From assembly GCF_006345805.1 (NCBI RefSeq), contig NW_021835437.1:1-64000 (forward strand): a DNA stretch of 64,000 nucleotides. The letters run 5' to 3'. Origin of the DNA: Octopus sinensis (lineage: Eukaryota). The notes beneath the pieces were generated by a model. It did not search any database and was not told the origin of the DNA. It worked only from the letters and a program-made list of their open reading frames with translations. The translations under genes and the position numbers were made by a program. Positions 28,886 through 42,285 of the stretch are shown piece after piece; within the stretch, counting starts at the first letter, position 1, and each line of letters opens with the position of its first letter.

Positions 28886-29527
28886 GTGTGCGTGTACCCA
28901 CGTTATACGCACCTTATCATATATATGCTTATCTGTCTTTTCTATCAATGATTATTTGCGAGTGAACACACACACATATATCTATGTGTGCATGCGGATC
29001 TCTGTCAATCTATGGCGGCGTCGAGTTTTCGGCAACGTGCGGGAGTTTGTCCGTCTGCTGTGTGTGCGTGCTCTGTGTCGTTTAGAACTCTATTTACTTC
29101 GACTACAACCAAATTGCTCACAGTTTTCCAATATTTAATCAATCTTCTACGGACTTTGCTACATGGACAATACTTCGTTTGGCGACTTCATCACCGCAAC
29201 TCTACACAATCACAAATCAAATTAGCCAAATAGTTTCGCTTTTATTTTAACTTATACTTTACGCATTTGTTGCATTTATTATTAGTTTTATTCTATTTTA
29301 TATTTGTATTATTTGGTTTTCAGTCGGATGCTTCCCATAGGAAATCAGAGAACGGCACCAATTTTTTGATTATCAGCTGATCAACGGAACAAACGGCGGA
29401 TCTGTTTCCTACTCACACGCACGCACACACACACACATATATGTATATATACTCATATAATTGTGCATATGTGTATATATATAATAGTGTGTGTGTATGT
29501 GTGTATGTGTGTTTGTGTATAGGTCTG

Positions 29528-29568
<41 letters not shown>

Positions 29569-29799
29569 GCAACTAAGCAAAGTGTTGTAGATTGATCAAT
29601 GAAAGAGCAAACTCCATACAGCTATTGAGCATCCATTTTATTCTAGTAGAATGCACTACGAAAGCATCTTCATCAGGGGCCAAAATTCCTCCAACTGTGG
29701 TACTTTGATTAACAAACAGAATTGTTTTTCTATCTTTTTCCTCTGTGTTATATCGGTTTATACGTTCCTTTGCTAATGTTTCAAAGTTAAATCGGTGTG

Positions 29800-29956
29800 C
29801 TATCAGAGTCCTTACTGCGTCGGGTAAAATATATAACGGCCTCTCTTCTTGACTGTTCGCTCTGTGTTCAAGTGCCGCCGATGCCGACTCTGCTTTTTAT
29901 GTTTCTATGTTCGATAAAATAAGTACCAGCTGAGTACTGGGGTCGTTGTAATTGAC
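29800..29956 (+). mobile_element. SINE family B, degenerate
   Basis: gttcaagtgccgccg..tcgataaaataagtaccagctgagtactggggtcg. Confidence 0.7.
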
Positions 29957-30420
29957 AAATAACACTGCAGTTATTTCCATTGGTTCCATAGTTTTGTCGG
30001 TGCGCAGAAAGTTGTTAATTAATCTTTTTCCCAAAGAACGTGTGAATGCATAAGTGTTTATTTCTTTTTTATTCTGTTTGTATCCGTTAGCAAGGCTTGT
30101 AGAGGATCGCTTGAAGCTATATATTAGACCGCAAATATTTAACAGAGCCCCTTCTCCATTCCCTCCTGGAATTATCCGTGGAAAAAGAGTGCCTGAAAGC
30201 ATACCATTTACATCTGGAAAATAAAAATTCCTTTGGAGGCGTCTTGTGTGTGTGAAGGCGTAAATCTACGACGAGTGCGATGTATTTCTGCTATGAGATA
30301 AGAAAACGATTGCTAAAATTGACAGTGAATACTCACACATATTATGTGTGTACGCAATCTCTCACACTCACAGACAGTCACTTACGCACACACAGACCTA
30401 TAAAAATACATAACCACACA

Positions 30421-30515
<95 letters not shown>

Positions 30516-30544
30516 GTGAGTGCGTGTGTGTGTGTGCATGTATA

Positions 30545-30640
30545 TATACTTATCATAAACAATTGAAGAACTGGTATCAATCTATTACGGCCGTTTCTAA
30601 CGATTTTTTAATTGATAAATGAGTACATTATATTATTATC
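30545..30640 (-). mobile_element. HHR-family element remnant (3' half of ribozyme plus tail)
   Basis: Reverse complement ..atcaattaaa..GAAA cggccg TA atagattgatacc matches the copies at 33351, 35810 and 38998. Confidence 0.6.
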
Positions 30641-30644
30641 ATAA

Positions 30645-31679
30645 ATACAATGGGATCGTGGAAAAAAGGCCGATCAATGGGGATCGTGTATCACAAAAAC
30701 GTCATAGTGTAAATAGGGGAAACAGATTAGGTTCATCCGTGGAAAGAAAAGCCTACAGAAAAGACCACGGTAACTTTGGGCAATTATGTCATGCAAAAAA
30801 ACACATTACAGTACGTGACTCTCCTTTTTCCTTTCCTTTTTTTGTCTCATAGGATTATGCTCAAGGTGGCTCCATCATTCACACGTGCCATCCTTGCTAC
30901 ATTCACCCATCTTTTTTTAAAACATTCACTAGACAAAACTTCCCTCTCTACTCTCACTTTCCTCTTCAAGTGATACTTGAAGAAGTTGATAATAGACTGA
31001 CCAGAGAGGAAAGTGTTTCTCTCTTGACCTTTCAGACGCGTCCACCAGATACATTCTTTGGCCATAGCCACAAGTACGATGAAATTGGCTCTTCCTTCCC
31101 GTTTCAAGGAAGGAGGCGCAACCATATTCACGATAGACTCGGTCGATAAACTGACTCGACCCACACGGGATAACAGTCGTTCGATATAGGCCCAAATGTC
31201 GAAAACTATTGGACACTGTACGAGTGTGTGCAGAACGGTTTCGTCGCTCTGACCGCATCTCTGGCAGGTCGATCCCGTGTTTCTGGATCTATGCCTATAG
31301 AGCTTATCCCGAACGGGTAGCGCTTCTCGATTGCACTGCCAGGCCAGGGATCTCTGGAAATTGTCGATAGGTCCCGGCCTGAAAATCTTCTTGAACAGGC
31401 GGGTCAGGTATTCCTCGTCAATGCCCAGGTTCACACCGGCATTGTCGTCGTACCTCCCCTCCACTAATCCCCTACAGAATGCTTTGGTTGTGTTGCTGTC
31501 GCTCAAGGTCGACTCGGGATGGTATAGTTGTTCGAGAGCAACGCAACACTCTCGCTGCCTTTCGTCCTTCCTCGGCCTCTTTTTGATCCACGACTGCAGT
31601 TCGGTCATGGAGACGAGCAGTGGGAAAGGGCGCTTCACAAACGGCGACCACACCTGTCCACCGTCGTCTTCGTAGAGCC

Positions 31680-31680
<1 letters not shown>
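30645..31680 (-). mobile_element. 5'-truncated L1/Tx1-like LINE: ORF2 C-terminus (zf-RVT-like zinc finger) and 3' UTR
   Basis: Uninterrupted frame 30847-31680 containing WQCNREALPVRDKL..CQRCGQSDETVLHTLVQCP (CxxC..H..C). GC-rich relative to flanks; abuts (GATA)n at the 5' truncation. Confidence 0.88.
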
Positions 31681-31742
<62 letters not shown>

Positions 31743-32082
31743 GGACAGAGAGACAGAGACAGTCAGACAGAGACAGATAGACAGACAGAGACAGACAGAC
31801 AGGCGGGCAGACAAAGAGACAGACAGACAGATAGACAGGCAGATGGATAGATAGATAGTTATATAGATAGGCAGACAGACAGACAGACAGACAAGCAGGC
31901 ACACAGTCAGACAGATAGATAGATAGATAGATAGACAGCAGACAGACAGACAGACAGACAGACAGACAGGCAGGCAGGCAGGCAGGCAGACAGGCAGACA
32001 AACAGACAGACAGATAGATAGACAGACAGACAGGTGACAGACAGATATATAGATATCCAGCTAGATAGATAGATAGATAGAG
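31680..32082. repeat. (GATA)n/(GACA)n/(GGCA)n compound microsatellite
   Basis: Read directly from the sequence. Confidence 0.97.
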
Positions 32083-32835
32083 TGGATCTTTATAATTCAT
32101 TGTCTTCGGTGTTGTGCAGTAAAATCCCACTGAATCATTTCCTGAACGATTTGCAAAACAGATACATTCACGCCACAATATAGTTCCTCGTACATACTAT
32201 GACCTTGTATCTGTAAACTGCGTTATAAGGTGGTAGGATTTGACTAGCCACATCGAGGCTGAGACAAGGGTTAACAAGATCAACGGAGCTTACAATAATA
32301 AAAGCAATTTAAACTGTAAAAAATACTTTAAAAATATCTAACACCAGACAAAAAGGCCACGGCATTTCAAGAAGACTCAAAGAAGCCTGACGTCAACAAT
32401 AAACAAACATTAAATGTAACCAGTATTGAATGAAAATCAGACAGACATATGAATCCCTCTACGTCTTTGCCTACAATAAAAACGGTCATAACAATCGCCA
32501 TTATTATTGTATCCTCCACGAGATAAAATATAATGAAAAAAGGGTCAGGCATCATCAATGGTAAATCGTAAGTTTATTGTAACAATCATAATATAAAAAA
32601 TTAATTAGAAGCGGACGAAAGTGTATGGAATGGGAAAATAATGAAATAAAAATTCAAGCTGGTCCCATATTTCCCAATAATGTAACGATTATGAGAAAAT
32701 CTGTTCCTAATCAAGAGAGTAGTATGTGTCTGCGGGTGTGTATGGGCACGTGCACGTGTATTTACATGTATATGAATATATATATATATATATATATATG
32801 AAAAAACAAGTCAAAAACAAGTTCCTTTTCAACCC

Positions 32836-32902
<67 letters not shown>

Positions 32903-33129
32903 ATATATACGTATATCCATATAGGATTAAAACATATAATACATATTTATTCATATGCGCATATTCCTTATTTGTCTACATGCATATATATGAGTGTTTA
33001 TATAATGTGTTTATGCATGTGTATATACAAATATACATACATATACCTATACATATATACACATACATATATATATAGATGTGTATATATATATATAAAT
33101 ATATATATAATATAATATAACATATATAT

Positions 33130-33173
<44 letters not shown>

Positions 33174-33214
33174 TAGAAATATGTTTTGAAAAAAAATATA
33201 AAATACAACCCTAG

Positions 33215-33280
<66 letters not shown>

Positions 33281-33319
33281 ATAATATATGCATGTATGTA
33301 TAATGCCTATAAATCGTTT

Positions 33320-33465
33320 ATACCTTATGTTGGAATTTTATATGATCATCTGCGTCTGAGGAGAGTGCTTTCTTTCAAACTGGTGTAGTATTTTCACTAT
33401 AATGTGGCCGCTTGAAGCGGCCGTAACTCATTGATACCTGGACGTCCTTGTTACGTATTCGTATT
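33320..33465 (+). mobile_element. HHR-family element, degenerate ribozyme
   Basis: tgcgt CTGAGGA (33356-33362) ... GAAG cggccg TA actca. GAAA is mutated to GAAG; (TA)n on both flanks. Confidence 0.62.
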
Positions 33466-33479
33466 ATATATATATATAG

Positions 33480-33510
<31 letters not shown>

Positions 33511-34407
33511 ATATATGAGAGGGGAATATATTGATTAAAGTCATAATTAACTGATCCTCTTGTATATTCGTTTACCCAAATCTAGGATTTCTTCAGCTCC
33601 TGATGTATATCACTTCTCTGTCGATAAATATATATTTGTGCGTGTGTCTGTGTGTGCATGTGCATTTATATATGTATGTATGTATGTATGTATTTATGTA
33701 TGTATGAAAATATACATACACATTTATACAGTGCCTTTTAGATCACAAAATTACTACGGAAGTATTCAACTTGACGGCCATACAATGTTGCCTACGTTTC
33801 GAGTAGAATAATTCTTTTGATACTAAAGATGAAAGTTGGATCGTCGTTTAATTCTCAGCAAAACTCAGGTACACATCCCGCCGCTACTGTTTTTGATCGA
33901 GTGTTAAGACATTTAACACAAACTTGGCATCAACTTGACGTTCTTTTAAGTTTGCCGGAAATATAAATACACAGATACGAATATATATATATGTGTGTAT
34001 GTGTGTGTGTGTGTGTGTGTGTGTTGCGTGTGCATGAGTGAGTGAGTGTTTTCATTTATATATTTATATATTTATATATATATATTTAAGTATATATGTA
34101 TGTACATATATACATATATATATATATATACATACCAGGAGCAAGTATTCAGGATTGTATATTTACATAGATATTAATATTGTTATTACTATCGAAGCCA
34201 AAATAAATAGTTAATAATAACACCAAAATTTATATAGGTGTTTTCAGGCCTAAACTGGCATTGTATAGCTGTAGAATTAAAATTATATCAGTGATAAGGA
34301 CGAGTACTCTTGAATTTGTTATTGTTTTCAGTGTTATTTCGGTGGTTTAAACGAGGAGTTTAGCTCTCATTTCTAGCATGTAGACGTATGTGCACGTCCT
34401 TATGATA

Positions 34408-35043
34408 TACATACATACATACATTCCTACATACATACATACATACGTACATACATACATACATACATACATACATACGTACATACATACATACATACAT
34501 ACATACATACATACATACATACATACATACATGCATACATACATACATACATACATACATACATGCATACATACATACATACATACATACATACATACAC
34601 ACATACATACATACATACACACATACATGCATACATACATACATACATACACTAATACATGCATACATACATACATACATGCATACATACATACATACAT
34701 ACATACATACATACATACATACATGCATGCATACATACATACATACATACATACATACATACATACATACATACATACATACATACATACATGCATACAT
34801 ACATACATACACACATACATACACACATACATGCATACATACATACATACATACATACATACATACATACATACACACATACATGCATACATACATACAT
34901 ACATACATACACACATACATGCATACATACATACATACATACATACATACATACATACATGCATACATACATACATACATACATACATACATACATACAT
35001 ACATACACACATACATGCATACATACATACATACATACATACA

Positions 35044-35071
<28 letters not shown>
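34408..35071. repeat. Very long (CATA)n microsatellite with CATG/CACA variants
   Basis: Read directly; about 660 bp. Confidence 0.98.
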
Positions 35072-35074
<3 letters not shown>

Positions 35075-35769
35075 TATTTATGCACACACTTATATATTCA
35101 AGTATGTGTATGTGGTTTGTTTTCCTCTCTAATTTCGAGTTTATTTTGACCGTCCCCAGTTTGGTTGCCTAGGAAGATTCATGGTTCCAGTACAATGGGG
35201 GATGGGGTCTAGGAAAATGGTTCAAACTTTTTAGAGAGCACCGACGACTTTTCACCAAGGCCACATTCCTAGCGCTCCCACCCCGACTAACCATCACATA
35301 CATAGGCCTCTTTCTGAAGCAAATTCGAAGCAACTGTATTGCACAAATAAAACTTAAACTAATAAACCCATTATTTTCTTGCTTTTACATGAAACTCCCC
35401 TCCATCATCAACCCACTTTTCTTCAACACGCCCTTTGTACTTTCCACCGGCCCCAGGCTCTACAATACCACCCACTTTGTGAACTTATAGTCTAGGAGAT
35501 TGTCTGACAATAATTGATTTATTACATTCAACTAAAATACAATTAAACGAATCCCAATGGATTTAATTCTAAATAGTTGAAGAGTACGTGCTAAATAAAA
35601 TCTAAATATAAACAACTACATCAGCGTTTCTATATTTTAACCCCATGATTTTCCTCTGCTACTCTCTATATTATACTAGGCTTAATAAGATATGCATTCT
35701 GCCACGGATATAACATAACAAAGTAATTATTTTGGTTTCTATCACTGATGTAAATTTGTTTAAAATGCT

Positions 35770-35915
35770 GTCTTTTATGCTTGTAATTTATATGGTTATT
35801 TAAACATACCGGTTTCTTTTAAATTGATGTAATGCTTACATTAATCAATTAAATGGAGCCGCTTGAAACGGCCGAATGTATTGACACCTGTACATGATTG
35901 TTACTTATTTACATT
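35770..35915 (+). mobile_element. HHR-family element, 5' core lost
   Basis: Retains the aattgat-gtaatg..catta-atcaatt hairpin and gctt GAAA cggccg; the tail ttgacacctg..ttgttacttatt matches the copies at 33320 and 38998. Confidence 0.6.
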
Positions 35916-35954
35916 CTGTGTGTGTGTGCTTGTGCATGCGTATGTGTGTGTGTA

Positions 35955-36166
35955 TCTCGGTCCGTCCCCCCACCCAGCCTCTGACAGTCAATGTTGGTTT
36001 GTTTAAGTCCACGTAACATAGCGGTTCGGCAAAAGACACCGATAGATACTGGGCTTACAGATAAGAATATGTTCTGGGGTTGAATTCAACTAAAGGCAGT
36101 GTTCCAGCATGGCCGCAGCGAAACGACTGAAACAAGTGAAATAATAAATGAATAAAAGAATAAAGA
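35955..36166 (+). mobile_element. SINE family A, 3' half
   Basis: gcggttcggcaaaagacaccgatag...ccagcatggccgcag..actgaaacaagt. Confidence 0.85.
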
Positions 36167-36205
36167 ATATATGTGTGTATGTATATATACATATATATAT
36201 GTATA

Positions 36206-36258
<53 letters not shown>

Positions 36259-37639
36259 ATATATATATATATATATAACACCAAAAACACATGTATATAT
36301 ACACACAGACACCCACACACAAACATGCATGAAGTATGTATGTATGTGAGTATTTTTCCATTTATCTGTGTATGTATCTATGCGTATCGCTTGCCTACGT
36401 ATGTGTGTCTGTATGTTTGTATGTATGTGTGAATATAAGTTTATGCTAATGTATTATATATACAAATTACTGTAAAAGATAACTGTTAATACACACATCG
36501 TTCAATAAGATCGATTTTCAATCACATGGACATGGCTATGAACCAATTTCACTGCAAAATATTTCTTTCGGCGTCGAGTAAAATCTAGTTCGTTTCTAAT
36601 GAGTTGCGTTTCGGGTAGGTTAACCCTGTGGAATAGCGTCGGAATGTCTGTAATTAGGAAATTATATATTGTGTCACGCAGAAATTACTCAAGGTTTGCA
36701 TTATAAAAGTACAAATGTTTTGCTTCCTTTTATTTTTTATTTTTATTATTTTTGTTTTTTTTCTTTAGAACAGCAAGCCACTTACATCATGAAAACATTG
36801 AGAAAGTGGTTCATATAATCGAACAGAACTCGATCATTCAAGGCTACAAATCGATGTCAGTTCCATTTGCTGTAATAACTTTCGATTATGCGTGTGCGCG
36901 TGTGTACATATGTGTGTGAGTCTGTGTTGAAAAAAACTATCTATATTTCTGTGTGTGTGAGTGAAATTGTGGAAGGGAAACATCAAGTACGTGCCTATAG
37001 CATTTACCTGCTGATGCCAGTATGGATGCGTGGATGCATGCATGGGTGTATGGTATCACTTCCTGACTGGTTTTCGCCGTGATTTTCGATTCCTCTTTCA
37101 ATTTTTTCTTACATTAGCATAATTTTACTGCCTCGTGCATATTCATGAATGAACACAGTGTCATTCATCCTAATGTTCATTCTAACAATGCACTAAGCGC
37201 AACATTATATAATTATATAATATATATTATATATATATATATATATTATATAGGGAGAGAGAGATACATATTGTGTATATATATATATATATATTATATA
37301 TTATAATATATATATATAGGGAGAGAGAGATACATTATGTGTATATTTATATATATATATCATAAGGAGAGAGATACATATATATATACATATGTAATAA
37401 GCACATATATACATACTCATATATATAGGTATGTATATATATATATAAATATATATCGATATATATATATATATATACATATATACAAATATATGTATGT
37501 GTATGTACGTTTTTGTGTTATTTCCTGAGTTTTCGTCTGTTACTGGCGAATTTAGAGCATTTGATCTTTTTCAAAGGTATGAAATGTTCTGCTACAGAAC
37601 CGTCTTGGATCTGCGTCAAAGTGGAACGCGACTATGCCT

Positions 37640-38330
37640 TGGCATCGCCATTTAGCAATAATTCTTTCTCATTGTAGAATCATTTCTCAATCTTTTCCAC
37701 GGAATCGTTCCGTGTGATGTAGTGAGTTGTACAGAACTGACATTCTTTCTGTTCCCAGCTGTAATCAGAGTTTATCTGCTATATTGGATAAACGTTTAAC
37801 TAATTGCCCTTTAAACACAACCACATCTACACCTCGTACATCTCTGAGCGATTTGGCAATATATTAAAAAGTTACGGTCTTTGAATCCCAAACCATTAGA
37901 GTATTGGTTTCTTAATCTAAACCGGGATGTTTGGCGCTATGCAATGGCGTCTAGTCTAGTGATTAATATAGCCTTCCATTCTAAATTTGTGTGCCGGATC
38001 CTCCGGGATCTTCCATATACAAATTGCTGCATACCTTTCTCAGTATCCCTCTAGGTACTAGAACTTCGATCTTTGAGCCTCTACCAGGAGTCCATCACTG
38101 AGGCATCTTTGTGCAGCGGCATTCACTTGCCTCAAGTTCTGTCGTATATTTGACGCTTTGCGACGAACATATTTGTAAATGAACCTAATGTTAAGTGCTC
38201 AGTAATCTATGTGGCTTAACACAATTTTCTGAGAAGGGCAACATGGTTTCTTCTCTTCGTGTTCTGACTGATCTCAGAATTCAACTATTCAGGCCCTAGC
38301 GCACTGATGCCTTCATATTACTACGAATAC
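37640..38330 (-). mobile_element. Decayed CR1-group LINE 3' end
   Basis: Minus-strand translation ERYAAICIWKI..RRHCIAPNIP..GLGFKD..FNILPN resembles the RT C-terminus of CR1/L2-group elements. Confidence 0.7.
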
Positions 38331-38855
38331 AAAGCAACGCAGAGGGTCTTGCACATTCCGATTGCATATGCACAACCTGTCCATAAATTACCTTTAGAAT
38401 TTGAAAAAAAATCGAAAATAGATGAAAAATAAGAACTCAGCAGAGTTTACTGAAAAACACAGCCAACCAAATAAGGGTTTTATTGGAATCATCAGAAAAC
38501 TTGTACCTGGCTGCATTATTTGCAAAGAGAGTGACTGATGGATCTCAAATTTGACAGATGAAATAAACTGTGAAAGTTATAAAGATAATTTATGAACATG
38601 TTGTTTTATATATATATATATTCAGATGAATATGGTCCTCTAGGATACACCCTAGGATACACCCTAGTTTCTCTTAGATTTGATAAACTAAATTAAAACT
38701 CATCTCCCACCCCACCCCCCACTAGTAAATCTAAATAACAGAAATTATCAGTGATAAGCAGTGTCTTTTTCGAAAAAATTTCAGTTACAACTGTGATGTT
38801 GTTGATATATAGGTGTGCGTGCGTGTGTGTGTGTGTGTGGTGTGTGTGTGTGTGT

Positions 38856-38889
<34 letters not shown>

Positions 38890-38997
38890 TGTGTGTATGT
38901 GTGTGTCTTTGTCTATCTACTTATCCTCTTGATGATTTTGGATAAAAAGAACATTATAGAAATGAGTCCTTCGAATTCAACTAAATTCTATATTTTT

Positions 38998-39086
38998 ATG
39001 TAGCTGAAGATTGCTTTACATTTTAAATTGATGTAATGTTTGTATTGTTCAATTAAATCGAGTAGCATGAAACGATCGTACTGCAT
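38998..39086 (+). ncRNA. Type I hammerhead ribozyme motif with extended stem II
   Basis: Stem I atgtag/ctgcat; CTGAAGA 39004-39010; stem II tgct/agca with a basal U.U and a ~48-nt insert; GAAA 39069-39072; palindromic stem III acgatcgt; triplet GTA (after 39080). Confidence 0.82.
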
Positions 39087-39202
39087 TACCTCTGGATTTT
39101 CTTGTTGCTTATTTTAATTATTATCACCTTATTTTAAATTCTATGGATAATACCATACTAAATTCTGGTGCCTCAACATAAGTACCATATATGTATATAT
39201 AT

Positions 39203-39362
39203 ACAATGGGCTTCTTTCAGTTTCTGTCAAACAATTCCTTTCACAAGGCTTTCATAGGCCCGATGCTATAGTAGAAGACATGGCAAAGGTGTCGAGCAGA
39301 GGAAGTGAACCCAGAACCATGTGGTTGGAAAGCAAACTTTTACCACACAACTACGCCTGCGA
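39203..39362 (-). mobile_element. SINE family A, 5' half
   Basis: gggcttctttcagtttc...ctatagtagaagac...aaccatgtggttggaaagcaaac. Confidence 0.85.
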
Positions 39363-39889
39363 CTATATGTTTGTGTGAGTGTATGTGTCTTTGTGTGTGT
39401 GCGTGTAAGAAAGAGAGTGTGCGCGCGATGGCCTGCTTGTTTGTGTGTCTCAGGTAAATTCCATAAACTAAAAAAGTGTGCCAGTGCTTGAAAGCATTCG
39501 AATTGGAACGGCCACGTGCCGGATCACGCTGATCTTGTCCAAGGTTTATGTTAAAAGTACAGCTGAATGTTATACTTTTTAAACTTACTAAACCACTTAA
39601 GTCATAAATCTATGAAGACATTTGGTTGGTGAAACTGAACGATTTTATTATTCACTTATAGAAATCGATATCACATCCATCTATTCACATATTTTAGAAA
39701 ATGCATGCCTCTGCTGTCTGTATGTGAATTGAATGAGTCTGCACGTGTATGCAAGTGTGTGTGTGGAAGGAACTGCCGACAGTGCTGCTGTAATGTTCTG
39801 TTTTTACGTACGTAAATGTATGTGGGTGAGTGTGAGCGTATGTATCTAGAGAAGAAAGTGTGTACTTCTAGTTGTTCAGTGTATTTATA

Positions 39890-40462
39890 TATATATATAT
39901 ATAATATATATATATATATGTGTGTGTGTGGTGTGTGTGTGTGTGTGTGGGTGTGTAAGAGTATGTGTGTTTGCATATGTGTGTGCGGGGATGCTTGAGT
40001 TACTCTAATATTTTTGTGTATTCTGTTTTTGTATACATTAACATAATTTCAGTGCATTATGAATATTCATGAGAGCACACGCACAGTAAGCTAGTCAATT
40101 CATCTTCATGCTGTCAGTGTAAAGAGGAAACTTGTATACATAGATTTCTATAAGTGTGTACGTGGGTCTTTGTATACATATATAGATAGACAGAGATTGA
40201 TAGATAGATAGATAGATAGATGATAGATAGATAGATTGATTGATTGATAGATAGCTAGATAGATAGCTAGCTAGATAGATAGATAGATTGATAGATAGAT
40301 AGATAGATAGATAGATAGAGTAGACTAGATAGATAGATAGATAGCAGATATGTATATATATATATAATATATATACACACAAATATATAGGATAGATATG
40401 AAATTACATATATGTGTATATATATTATATATATATATAGATATATATATATATATGTGTGT

Positions 40463-40498
<36 letters not shown>

Positions 40499-40733
40499 TA
40501 TGTGTTTGCCATATGTGTGTGCGGGGATGCTTTGAGTTACTCTAATTTTTGTGTATTCTGTTTTTGTATACATTAACATAATTTAGTGCATTATGATGAT
40601 ATTCATGAGAGCACACGCACAGTAAGCTAGTCAATTCATCTTCATGCTGTCAGTGTAAAGAGGAAACTTGTATACATAGATTTCTATAAGTGTGTACGTG
40701 GGTCTTTGTATACATATTAGATAGACAGAGATT

Positions 40734-40768
<35 letters not shown>

Positions 40769-40965
40769 GATTGATTGATAGATAGCTAGATAGATAGCTA
40801 GCTAGATAGATAGATAGATTGATAGATAGATAGATAGATAGATAGATAGAGTAGACTAGATAGATAGATAGATAGATATGTGTATATATATATAATATAT
40901 ATACACACAAATATATATGGATAGATATGAAATTACATATATGTGTATATATATATATATATATA
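39890..40965 (+). repeat. Direct tandem duplication, ~537-bp period
   Basis: gtaagagtatgtgt..gatatgaaattacatatatgtg starts at 39955 and again at 40492; the copies differ mainly by 1-3-nt indels. Confidence 0.92.
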
Positions 40966-42154
40966 CGTTTATATACGCGTATGCGTGCATGTGTTGTGTG
41001 TGAGCATCTAGTTATGTGTTTGACATATATATGTGCGCGTGTTTGCTTGTATAAACATATTTATAAAGAGAGAAAGAGGATGAAAGGGAGACAGACTGAT
41101 GGTTATATACACATGCATACATTGCACATGTATATACTTATGCACACATATGTATGCATGCAATCAATTTAGTTCAGAGAATCCATGTAATATTTTAACT
41201 TTACCCATATAAAAAAACAAGTTCTGACGGGTGGATTATCTGTCACGGTTTCTTCAATGAAATTCCAAATAATTTTTAACTTTCTACCCCGCACCCATTT
41301 ATCCTTCACTGAAACCATTGACATCTCTCACTTCCGTTGTCGATTAAGTTATATTTAATGCGTAATACAATAATTTATTTCAGGATTAAATCCTACAGTG
41401 ACACTTGTAATTGCCAAAAGTATGGAACATGTTGATATAAATTCTCACTGTTCTGTATGCTGTATAAAGTTAATGACTTTTAGACACCTCTCTAAAACTA
41501 TCAGCTGATGCCTTTTGTAATGTAAAAAGCAGCAGCCATTAATATTCTGCAAAGAATTTTATTTTGTTTTTTTTCAGTTAGTGTGAAATCGTGTTGCATG
41601 CATCACGCATGCAAGAAAACCTGTTGCTGTACGTGTTTGAACTTGAACCTTCAGTCCCTTTGTTTGTAATGTATGTGTTTCAACGTGGTCTTTCAATTGA
41701 ATATTCATTGGCATTGCGTCAGCCATGGCGAAGTCTGTGGAGAATAGTTCTATGGACAAAGCTATGATTAATTTGCATATTACTTGCTGCGACTTGAATA
41801 ATCATGTCTCTGATGAAATGAGCCATAAAGTAAATTTTACAAATATCGTGAGATGAATTGGTACATGTCCGGGTCTCTGGTTCCATTTTGATGTGTGATA
41901 TTTGTGTGACCATGTTGAATTTTGAAGGTCAAAAAATGAACGAGTGGTGGATAGGTTAATGGTATAGCAACGACAAGTTGGTTGGTGTTTTCGGTTCAAC
42001 ACTACACAGTAGAAGATAGAGAAAAAGACAGAGAAAGAGAGAGAACGTGATGAATGGACAAAGAATATTCCAGTCAAGAGAAGAAATTTTCAGATAATTA
42101 AAAACTACAGCTTTCACGTGTTTACAGACACTTGCACACTTTGCACTACGCGTT

Positions 42155-42240
42155 TGAGACTCTGATGAAACTGTAAGATGTTGTTCAAACAATCAATTAT
42201 GCGTTCACAACATCTTATAGTGGAAACAGCTGTAAGCTAA
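42155..42240 (+). ncRNA. Type I hammerhead-like motif: core intact, long stem II, weak stem I
   Basis: CTGATGA 42162-42168; 14-bp stem ctgtaagatgttgt/acaacatcttatag; GAAA 42223-42226; palindromic acagctgt; triplet GTA. Stem I has only about 2 clean bp. Confidence 0.7.
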
Positions 42241-42285
42241 TGAAGTTCATTAGATAATTGTTTATTGATTTGATCTTTTTTTCAT

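Noticed and set aside
30847-32178. 443-aa ORF as a real gene
   Set aside because: The N-terminal part is read-through of a microsatellite. Only 30847-31680 is protein-like, and it is a truncated LINE ORF2.
38505-38580. LDLa-like DEINC motif
   Set aside because: There is an in-frame stop, the cysteine spacing is wrong, and no exon boundaries are visible.
41726-41857. gccATGG-initiated 43-codon ORF after an acceptor at 41577
   Set aside because: Short, with no recognisable domain, and upstream of an HHR motif, so more likely retroelement-derived.
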